DNA from: Octopus bimaculoides
Lineage: Eukaryota
DNA length: 64,000 nucleotides
Reading direction: 5' to 3'
Assembly (NCBI RefSeq): GCF_001194135.2
Contig: NC_068987.1
Location: forward strand, 84,288,553-84,352,552
Part shown: positions 1 to 9,904 of the stretch, piece after piece
Numbering within the stretch: position 1 is the stretch's first letter
Layout: each line of letters begins with the position of its first letter
Translations under genes and position numbers: made by a program
The notes under the pieces: model-generated
What the model saw: the letters and a program-made list of their open reading frames with translations, nothing else
What the model was told of the DNA's origin: nothing
The model's database searches: none

Positions 1-930
1 CTCCAGGGTCACGTGGACGTAAACAAGCTACTACCTGTTGCCTAGTATAGAATTTGAAAATAAGTTAATAATGTTTGAAATATTATGAGAAGGAGTGTGG
101 AAGAGGTAAAGCTTGCACAATATTTGTAAAATCTCTATAGAAATTGGCAAAGTGTTGAGAAAACATGCAAACGCGTCTAGGAATACTTACAGAGAAGTTG
201 AAGCAACTTGAATCGAGGACGTAAAAATGCAGACGTTTTTACACTGCAAAGAGACAGAAAATGGTGAACGGAAGTGAGGCAAGAACAAAAACTGACTCTT
301 TTAAGAGTAGATAGGAGAAGGATGTAACCAGAACAGTGGTGCATCTGTATGTATGTGGGTATTAGTAAGATGAAGACTGATCAGCGGTCAAACACATATG
401 CCTGTTAGAAAATGGGGAAATAAGTGGATGATTCAAAGAAACGATCAGAAATAGTTTCGAAGTGTAGAAAACTATGTACCTGTGTACCAGTGATTGTACG
501 CATGTCGGTTGTGTACAGTGGGTGAGAGAGAGGGGGTAGATAAATAGATAGACATATAGACAGATAAATAGATAGAGAGAGAAAGAAAGAGAGGTGTGTA
601 TAGTGTGTGAGGGTATGTGTATCAACGTAAATGAGAGAAAGACGTGAAAGAAAAGAGTTGGAAAGAAAAGTACAAGTTTTACCCCGGGAATTTGGAAGAG
701 GTTGCATGACAAGTATGATTCGTTGCTTCCGGGTGCGTTTAAAGAAATGAATAGGTGACTGTGGGAAGATGGAAGCATGATTAGATTGTAGATAGCAGAA
801 AAAGCAGAGGTTAAAGCGTTAGAGAGGCACGTTGATAACGTGATAGATGAGGGGAATGGATCTGCTATAAGTATTGAACTTCTTTCTAATTTTGAATCTA
901 AGAATGACTCTTGCCAAATTTCCCTTTAAA

Positions 931-1087
931 TACCTGCTGCTAGGCTCCAGCAGGCAGCCCCGGCAAGTTGTCACGTGACACTGTTTAAACTTTAACTGAC
1001 CAATGGAGGGCGCGTAGTCTTACCCGCTGCTAGGCTCCAGCAGGCAGCCCCAAGCAAGTTGTCACGTGACACTGTCTAAAACTTTAA
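931..1087. promoter_or_regulatory. Tandem 90-bp-period duplication, each unit carrying a 12-bp E-box palindrome TGTCACGTGACA, with a CCAAT box between them (candidate promoter module)
   Basis: Units start at 931 and 1021 (tacc..gctgctaggctccagcaggcagcccc..gcaagttgtcacgtgacactgt). Palindromes at 969-980 and 1060-1071; GACCAATGG with CCAAT at 1000-1004. Locally GC/CpG-richer than the flanks. The duplication is seen; regulatory function is inferred. Confidence 0.4.
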
Positions 1088-1149
1088 TCTCAATCGTAAA
1101 TTGTATTACACTTTATAACATAACATAGTTAATCCTAGTTTCTTTCAGG

Positions 1150-1338
1150 AGCACAAGGAACACATCTATTAAGGTCGGGAGCTGATTACGTCACTCATAG
1201 ATACTTCTTTTTATCGACTGGTGATGGTTAAAAGAGAAAATTAAATTCAGCGACGGGATTTGAACCTATAAAATAAAGAGCAGTAACTAAATACCCAAGT
1301 GCATTTTATCTGATGGTCTACGATTCTGCCGATCCAGC
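1150..1338 (-). mobile_element. Decayed SINE family B copy
   Basis: Reverse-strand remnants ttttatcgac..gatttgaacc..cgattctgccga match family B copies elsewhere in the window. Confidence 0.6.
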
Positions 1339-2035
1339 AACATATTTGATATCGATCCTCCGTTTTCTACATCTATATTCGATATTTTGCAACAACATAT
1401 TGCACGTGTCATCGGATTTTCCAGCAAAGGAGTTGTTCCCACGATGCAGGCAAACTTGTCATCATATTTTAATATAGAAATTAAACACTAAGTTATTCTT
1501 CTTTCCCTCACGGTGTAAGAATACTGGCTTTAAGCATTTATAGACCCAGATAAATACTTTTATTCAATAAGCCATTTATTGTATTCGCGGATCAATTCAA
1601 CTGACTGTAAAAAAAATTGACCCTAGGCTTATTGATAGTATATTTTTTTCATTTAGGGAATTATCGCAGGATATATTTCAGAAATATTGCAAAATTTCAT
1701 TCTTTGAATATTCTTCCGATCAAATGCTCACAGAAATAATTTGATTAGCTTGTTGAAGCGTTAATCACTCTTAGAGTAGTGCTATATTTCCTACAGATAG
1801 AAGTAACATTTTATTTCTTTTGCTCAAAGCATGAGAGATTTTGAAACTACAGCTCTAGTTTTATGATATTCTTGATGCATTGGCGTTGAAATATCTACTT
1901 AGTGCTGATAGTTGAATTGTTATCTGGCTCTTCTTGTTGGTGTTTAGCCTCAAGTTAGCTCTCATAAACAGATCTATAGGCAACGGCATTCAAAACGTAA
2001 CGATTCACTATCATTATATACTTGGGTTTATATAC

Positions 2036-2399
2036 TCCTTTACTTGTTTCATTCATTTGACTGTGGCCATGCTGCAGCACCGCCTTTTAGTCGAGCAAAC
2101 TGACTCCAGGACGTATTCTATCGTTCTTTTGCCGAACCGTTAAGTTACGGGGACGTAAACACACCAACATCGATTGTCAAGTGACGTTGGGGGGACAAAC
2201 ACAAACACAAACATATACACACATACATATATATATACGACGGGCTTCTGTCAGTTTCCGTCTACCAAATCTACTCAGAAGGCTTTGGTCAGCCTGAGGC
2301 CATAGTAGAAATCACTTGCCTAAAGATACACGCAGTGGGAATGATCCCACAACCATGTGGTTGGTAAGCAAGCTTCTTACCACACAGCCACTCCTGCGC
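2036..2399 (-). mobile_element. tRNA-derived SINE family A, full length (head + (TA/CA)n linker + tail)
   Basis: Reverse complement of head ggctgtgtggtaagaagcttgct.. and tail ..gtttacgtccccgtaacttaacggttcggcaaaag..gcatggcc; near-colinear with 13391-13786. Confidence 0.9.
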
Positions 2400-2689
2400 A
2401 TATTATATAGTTATAGTATGTACTAATATAACATTCAGGTTGTAACCATTCCATTTTCTTCTAGACAGACTGTACATTGTTCGTGCGGGAAGAGCTGAGG
2501 GGAAAAGTGGTTCATATTTCTAATGAAAAAGGAAAAAAAATACAAAGGAAAACCCCTGCATAAATTTTCTCTCGTTGGCCTCTTATTTGTATCTTTTTTG
2601 GTTTTATGAGTGAAACATATCAAGCTATTGAATCGAACGCGAACAAATAAATAGAGAATTATAATAATCATAAGTTCAAGATTATCCTG

Positions 2690-3230
2690 ACAAGAAGTGT
2701 GGCGTGGGAGAGATCAAAATGTTGTTAAAGATGTTTGCAAACTGACGATACCAAAGACTGAACTGGAAACAAGAAGTTTGTGGACTGTATGCATGCAGCA
2801 CAATACAAAGGAACTGAAGGGTCATGGCGAGCCGAAACCTGGACACAGAGAAGACAATTGGCTGATAATTATTATTGCAAGAACGAGAACATTTATAATG
2901 GTCTTAAGGATGAGGTCAAATGGTATCTTCCCAAAACACAAAATGTCATCATATGTACAAACGTTAAAAATTTTCTGGTACTTTTATATACGAAACCGAT
3001 GGTGTGGTAGACACAGAAGGCCATATATTCTGGTTCTGTACAAAAGAAGATTGAAAGAAATGAGTGTAACTGCAATAATGATTGGTGCATTCAGAATAGT
3101 AACTACCAATCGTAAATCATTGTCAGATAATTTGCAACTCAAAGGAAGTATGGAGTTGCTGCGGAAAGCCATGGTGCTCGGGACAGCAAGGTCCATAAGA
3201 TTACTTGTGACCTAAGCTTGCTGTTTGTAG
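2690..3230 (+). mobile_element. Decayed Dong/R4-clade non-LTR retrotransposon 3' fragment (restriction-like endonuclease region)
   Basis: Frameshifted peptides ETWT..RRQL, LIIIIARTR, KIFWYFYIR..HRRPYILV and MIGAFRIV..ELLRKAMVLGTARSIR correspond to the R4/Dong motifs ETW.WL, LIIAAQ, KILWDF..HRRPDIV and VIGALG..LQKAVLLGTA.ILR (recognised by eye). Confidence 0.75.
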
Positions 3231-3279
3231 CTTGATCTCTAGCCTACCTGTTATTACGTGCTGCTATAAGCTATGCAAC

Positions 3280-3293
3280 TTTATTATTATCAA

Positions 3294-3347
<54 letters not shown>

Positions 3348-3425
3348 CATTATTGTTGTTGTTGTTGTTGTTTTTGTTGTTGTTTTTGTTGTTTTTGTTG
3401 TTTTGTTGTCGTCGCCGTCGTTGTT
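3280..3425 (+). repeat. Compound microsatellite (TTA)n-(GTT)n
   Basis: Directly visible. Confidence 0.95.
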
Positions 3426-3587
3426 AATATCAGTATTAAATATGAAAATGGCTCAGAACAATACATGCGAATGTAATTTCTCTGTTTGCACCAGAGAAAT
3501 ATGTAAGCCATACCCATCCCCGTGATAGAATCCACGCTTTATCACCCATCAACACTGTTACATTTGATGTCAGTGCCAGTGCTGTTG

Positions 3588-3666
3588 CTATTCACTCCGT
3601 TCACGCAACCCGTCTGTACACTTAAGGTTGTTGCATAGCTTATAGCAGCACGTAATAACAGGTAGG
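3588..3666 (-). CDS. Candidate terminal exon encoding a Cys-rich knottin-like peptide end, (C)LPVITCCYKLCNNLKCTDGLRERSE*
   Basis: Acceptor tttgatctctag|C at 3666; with a 1-nt offset the frame is open to TAG at 3590-3588. No transcript evidence; a second frame is also open. Confidence 0.25.
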
Positions 3667-4684
3667 CTAGAGATCAAACCTTGCTTGAAATGTAAGAGCG
3701 TGCAAATTGTAACACTGAATAGTCGGAGGTGTCCTGTTATAAATTCTTCTACAGTGGAAGTTCTTGTTTTGAATATATTTCCTCCGGTGCCACCAGCGCG
3801 ATCGTTTCGCTGTTAAAATAAGATCATAAATGTTGGTCTTTGCACATTGGACGTATTTCTAGGTTTATCATCATAAATCCGCTCGGCGTTGATTTCAAAC
3901 GAAGGTCTAGCTCATAAAATGTCTATCAATTGGATAAAGTTCGGATAACTGACTGTCTGTGTTTTATAGGTATGGTGATGCGTTGACACTAAAAGCGAAA
4001 ATGATAAAAAAAAAATAATACAATGAAAATTTGGAGGAAAAACAGAGAAAAGAAGACAGAAAACAAAGAAAATAACCAACATATACCAATAAAAAAAAAT
4101 CGAATGCTGAGAAAAATGAAGGAAATACAAAAAAAATAAAACAGAAATGAAACATGATCGAGGAACAAGAAAGTTTACTACGTATAAAATATACGCCATT
4201 CATTGCATAATGTTAGATTGTATGTAGAGACCATTGTACACGTATGTATACACATATAGGACCGGGTGCATATGTCTTTGTCTCTCACTGTATTTATGTG
4301 TGTGTATACATAACACTCTCGCATACACATATATAATATACGAGCATGTTCAAGATATAGTCTTTTGGGAACAATAGGTGGATATGTTTCAGCGTGTATG
4401 TATGTATCTATATCTCTGTCTCTCTTTCTATTTCTCTCTCTCTCTCTCTCTCACTCTCTCTCTCTCTTTATATATACACGTTTATGAATTTGTGTTGCAA
4501 GATTCCTGATGCGAAGTCGTGTGTTGAAACAGAGAATGGAATGAGCAGAGAAAGAACACACACAAAGACGGTAAATGCTGGTGAGTAGGTCACGGATGTG
4601 TAACGAAAAATTTCCGGATAATGGGCATGAGTTGAAATAACTTTATTTGGCCATCCCAAAATAGAACATATATATATACATACA

Positions 4685-4733
<49 letters not shown>

Positions 4734-4901
4734 NNNNNNNNNNNNNNNNNNNNNNNNNNNNNNNNNNNNNNNNNNNNNNNNNNNNNNNNNNNNNNNNNNN
4801 NNNNNNNNNNNNNNNNNNNNNNNNNNNNNNNNNNNNNNNNNNNNNNNNNNNNNNNNNNNNNNNNNNNNNNNNNNNNNNNNNNNNNNNNNNNNNNNNNNNN
4901 N

Positions 4902-4955
<54 letters not shown>

Positions 4956-5039
4956 TATTATCATTTTATTGAACGCCAGGCATCCATTTCCAAGTTTAAC
5001 TTATATATATATTGAACTACCTCAGCCGCGTCAGGTAAC

Positions 5040-5570
5040 CGCATAACGCATCGGGTAAGTGTCTTCTACTAAATCGCCGAACCGATCGATGCTTTATGAG
5101 AGAATTTGGTATATATTTGTGTTTGTCTTACACACAAATATACACATACACTTTCCACCACTTGACAACCGGTGCTAGGTTAGTTATCTTCTCGTAAAAC
5201 TGCCGGTTCGACAAAAGAAACCAGTCTTAAGAAAACGGCCTTGCGTAATGGCATCTATTTGTTTGATTAAAACCCTTCAAAGTGGTGCCCTAGCATGGCC
5301 GCAGTTCAATGACGAAGACAAGTAAAACATAAATGATAATTTCAAGATACATCTTGGCGGGATCCCTGGCATTCATCGTTAGTGATTTTAGTAAGCTGTT
5401 AGTTGATTCCGGGTCTTTCAACGTGGGATCCTATTGCTTAGTTGATGCAGCCAGGTCCGAACAAGACCCGGCTAAGTACAATGGTTGATTTGTTCGACTA
5501 AAGCCCCTTAAAGTGATACACTTTCATGGCTGCAGTCCAATCACCGACACAAGTAAAAGAAAACAGATAA
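5040..5570 (+). mobile_element. Two decayed SINE family A copies/tails
   Basis: ggtaagtgtcttctact..cttgacaaccggtgct..ctagcatggccgcagt (5040-5330) and a second tail ttcgactaaa..catggctgcagtccaat..caagtaaaaga (5400-5570). Confidence 0.75.
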
Positions 5571-6360
5571 AAAGTATAGTAACTACAATTATCAAGAGTG
5601 ACATATAGAATCCAAGTAGAGTTTCAGAGATATGACATAAAATTTAATCGCTTAAAAATATGTCGTATCGTTTAGTTTCATTTTAATACCTTGCTACGAT
5701 AAGATACTTAACTCTCCTTTCTCAGCAAATCATAAACTGACACTGCAATTAAACTCACATCATATTCAGAAATTCTAGTCTATGTATCTGTCAAGAAATA
5801 TACAAATTGATATATAATAAAGCTGTAAAATTATCATTTACTTTGTCTATTATAATTTTCTATTAATTATATCGTATATCTTAGTAGTTAACGTTTTCCT
5901 GAGAGAACATTGCAGATAAGACCAATGCTTTGAATCGTTTCACTAATTTAATTCGTTTCGCCAGGTCGCGACCTATTAATTAGCAGTAATTATAACAATC
6001 AGAATAATCGGACAGGAATCGTTCTTCCGACATATTTAGTTTCAGATTTGAGATGACAATTATAAGGAAATCAGACTGACGTTACTTCGCTACTGTATTC
6101 AGTCAGATAAATACAAGCTATCAGATTCGAGGTAAACGTAATAAAAATTCCGATGCTATGATTCTGAATGCAGAAATATTCATTTAGTTAAAGACGAACC
6201 TGAGTTTATAAGCTATTTGTCGGAGCACGTACTGTGTACGTGTGTGTGTGTGAGTGTGCGCATGCGTATGTGTGCATGCATGTGTGTGTGTGTGTACGTC
6301 TGTATGCATCTATGTATCTAGCTTCCTTTGTCTGTCTGTCTCTTTCTGTTTCCTTCCTGC

Positions 6361-6391
<31 letters not shown>

Positions 6392-6429
6392 TTTCTCTTT
6401 CTTTTTCTCCCCCTTTCTCTCTTTTTCTA

Positions 6430-6848
6430 GGAGTCGATCTGTGGCAAGCTGTTTGCTTCCCAGCCACTTGATTTCGAGTTCACTCCTACTACATTACACC
6501 TTGGGTGACTGTCATCCATATAGCATCGGGCCAAACAAATCCTCCGGAGTGGATTTGGTAGACAGAGGCTGAATAAAGCCTGGCATATACATGTGTGTGT
6601 TGGTGGTGGTGGGGGAGTGCGCACGCGTGTCTTTGTGTCTGTATTTGTCCCACACCGCCGCTTGACAATCGGTGCTGCTGTGTTTACGTCCTCGTGGCAC
6701 TGGTGTTCGACAAAAGAGACCGATAGAATGAGTAAAAAGCTTAAAAAGAATTACTTGCGTCGATTGGTTCGGCTAAGACACTTCAGGGTGGTGCCCCAGT
6801 ATCGCCGCGATCTAATAACTGAAATAAGAAAAAGAAGACAGATAAAAG
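6430..6848 (+). mobile_element. SINE family A copy
   Basis: Head with B-box-like ttcgagttcactcc, then gagtggatttggtagac, a (TG)-rich linker, and tail gtttacgtcc..gagaccgatagaat. Confidence 0.85.
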
Positions 6849-7753
6849 ATATATATATATATATATATANNNNNNNNNNNNNNNNNNNNNNNNNNNNNNN
6901 NNNNNNNNNNNNNNNNNNNNNNNNNNNNNNNNNNNNNNNNNNNNNNNNNNNNNNNNNNNNNNNNNNNNNNNNNNNNNNNNNNNNNNNNNNNNNNNNNNNN
7001 NNNNNNNNNNNNNNNNNNNNNNNNNNNNNNNNNNNNNNNNNNNNNNNNNNNNNNNNNNNNNNNNNNNNNNNNNNNNNNNNNNNNNNNNNNNNNNNNNNNN
7101 NNNNNNNNNNNNNNNNNNNNNNNNNNNNNNNNNNNNNNNNNNNNNNNNNNNNNNNNNNNNNNNNNNNNNNNNNNNNNNNNNNNNNNNNNNNNNNNNNNNN
7201 NNNNNNNNNNNNNNNNNNNNNNNNNNNNNNNNNNNNNNNNNNNNNNNNNNNNNNNNNNNNNNNNNNNNNNNNNNNNNNNNNNNNNNNNNNNNNNNNNNNN
7301 NNNNNNNNNNNNNNNNNNNNNNNNNNNNNNNNNNNNNNNNNNNNNNNNNNNNNNNNNNNNNNNNNNNNNNNNNNNNNNNNNNNNNNNNNNNNNNNNNNNN
7401 NNNNNNNNNNNNNNNNNNNNNNNNNNNNNNNNNNNNNNNNNNNNNNNNNNNNNNNNNNNNNNNNNNNNNNNNNNNNNNNNNNNNNNNNNNNNNNNNNNNN
7501 NNNNNNNNNNNNNNNNNNNNNNNNNNNNNNNNNNNNNNNNNNNNNNNNNNNNNNNNNNNNNNNNNNNNNNNNNNNNNNNNNNNNNNNNNNNNNNNNNNNN
7601 NNNNNNNNNNNNNNNNNNNNNNNNNNNNNCTTCTTCTTCTTCTTCTTCTTCTTCTTCTTTTTCTTCTTCTGGTACTGCTGCTTAAACAATCGAAATCCGG
7701 AGCCAACATCCCTCATATTAGATATTTGTTCAGATCTGCTACTACCTACATAC

Positions 7754-8224
7754 CAAGCTTCCACAGAAGTAAAAGTGAGAGGGACTGGAAAAAAGGAAAA
7801 TGGCCACCTATTTGAAATCTATTGAAATATAAAAAAAAGCAAAAAAAACATTTCATTTAATTTTTCCACAATTTAACTGTTTTTCATGCTTTTCTATAAG
7901 TTGAAAATGTCGCGAAAAATTAAACCTGTACTAAAATGTTCTTCATGATAAAATTATTTTAGCATTTTCTAACTTGTCCTATTTTCTTTATACATATGAA
8001 CTCGCGTGTTACTTTTCATCCTTACACGCGCGCGCGCGCACACACACACACACACGCGCGCGATATTATTTTTATTCTAACATAGACATTAGCACTGCTG
8101 TATGTGACTTACAAGCAAGCAATAAAAATAGCGGTAGTGCTGGAAAGAGTACATCTTTATTAGTGATACTCCTTCGTATTTTTGTTGTGAATATATATGA
8201 TATATGATATATATCTATATGTAA

Positions 8225-8269
<45 letters not shown>

Positions 8270-9279
8270 GCACTCACACACAAACGCACATATCTATAAT
8301 ATCATATATATATACATGATATTATGTATATATATGTGTGTGTTTTTTTGTGTAAGAATTAGATGTATTTCACATAATAAATATATATCTATATTACAAC
8401 ATTATATAATAAATGGATGGATAGGCATACTTTTGCTGCAAAAGTAGAGCAGATGCTTTATACAATGTATGATTTTGTTCAGTTATATATCAAATCTAAA
8501 TTGCTTGATATGTATTCTTTTAAAATTATGACACCAACACATTAAATTTACGCAAAATACTGTATTTGATTCAAATAACATTGTCCAAATAATTTGTGAT
8601 GTTTTATCAATGTTAGTATCAACATATCTTTTCTTGTTTCTCAGCGTACAAAGTGATGATGATCTGGGGAAAAAGATAAGAAGTGTCATTTACGCTTCTG
8701 TCACAGACGAAACTACCTGTCATTTCTTCATGTATAATAGCATTTCTTACATGATTTACTGCTGCCAAAATTTCTGTGACTTCAATGGTATTTGTTCTAC
8801 AGGTGAGAAAACTGTAACGCAATTTTATCCTGATGTAGATATTAGTACAGCTTTAAGCGGTTTACTGTTAGCAAGCTGCAAACATACCAGTAATGCTGGA
8901 AAGAGTATATTTTTACGTGTAATACTCGTTCGTAAATTTGCTGTGAATATTTTTTTGATTAAATAATCAATAGTAAATAGTTTGCATGATTGCTTACGTT
9001 TATATACAAGATGAAGTGTGGGCTACGAACATAAAGTGATATTTTTGATAAAATTCAAACGCTATTATTTATTTATATTTTGTGTTATAAAAGAGTAAAA
9101 GAGTGTTTTATTCTGTAAAATTGCGTCCTTATATTTATAGATCTTATTGTTATAGGTCTTTGACGCAATCATGATTAGATCTGCGCATTTCTGCTGGTAA
9201 ATGTGACAGATGTACCTTTGAAAAACTCGGGCAGAGAAAAAAGAATACCGAATATTTTAACTCGAATGCACATCTTCAT
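7754..9279 (-). CDS. Candidate micro-exon-encoded signal peptide (exons 9279-9249, 8895-8866 and/or 8139-8113, 7784-7754)
   Basis: All candidates have GT-AG sites and compatible phases. Spliced product MKMCIRVKIFALPLFLLLAFPLTFTSVEA(C/W) has n/h/c regions and a V-X-A cleavage motif. No transcript evidence. Confidence 0.35.
8085..8955. repeat. Diverged direct duplication of ~115 bp (8085-8195 vs 8838-8955), each containing a minus-strand acceptor and a short exon candidate
   Basis: Shared agacattagcac/agatattagtac..gcaagc..gctggaaagagta..atactc..ttcgta..tgtgaatat; roughly 70-78% identity by eye. Confidence 0.85.
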
Positions 9280-9476
9280 ATTTTTTTCTACTGTTCTACT
9301 TAATTTGTGCCAATATTCGTCGGTGAATACTACACATACATACACACACACACAGACATACACACACACAGACATACACACACATTCACACGTACATACG
9401 CATCCGGGACAGATCAAACTCCCTTCCCGAGACACAGGCTTATAAGAACGGTTTCCCGGATGCTATGGCATATATT

Positions 9477-9904
9477 CTTTTCTACTCCAGGCACAAGGGC
9501 CGAAATTTTGGGGGAAGGACCCAGTCCATTAGATCGACCACAGTACGCAAATGGTACTTAATTTATCGACCCCGAAAGGATGAAAGGCAAAGTCGACCTC
9601 GGCGGAATTTGAACCCAGAACGTAAAGACACGAAATACCGCTAAGCATTGCGCCCGGCGTGCTAACGTTTCTTGTTTCTTTATTGTCAGAAAGGGGTTAA
9701 ACATAGAGGGGACAAACAAGGACAGACAAAGGGATTAAGTCGATTACATCGACCCCAGTGCGTAACTGCTACTTAATTTATCGACCCCGAAAGAATGAAA
9801 GGCAAAGTCAACCTCGGCGGAATTTGAACTCAGAACATAAGGACACGAAATATCGCTAAGCATTTCGTCCGGCGTGCTAACCTTTCTGCCAGCTCGCCGC
9901 CTTA
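9477..9904 (-). mobile_element. Dimeric SINE family B flanked by an 18-bp TSD
   Basis: Two head+core units in tandem with different tails; perfect direct repeat gatgctatggcatatatt at 9459-9476 and 9905-9922. Confidence 0.93.

Larger units (their letters stand above)
3232..3677. repeat. Perfect 48-bp inverted repeat (3232-3279 / 3630-3677) around a 350-bp spacer
   Basis: ttgatctctagcctacctgttattacgtgctgctataagctatgcaac and its exact reverse complement; no TSD visible. Confidence 0.97.

Noticed and set aside
7754-8139. Alternative frame of the two micro-exons reads HYRYFYCLL+SLSLLLLW, similar to the NYRYFYLFILSLSLL segment of DHHC palmitoyltransferases
   Set aside because: No upstream exon encoding the Cys-rich DHHCPW..NC motif was found, and such micro-exons are not expected there; treated as coincidence unless RNA-seq shows that frame.
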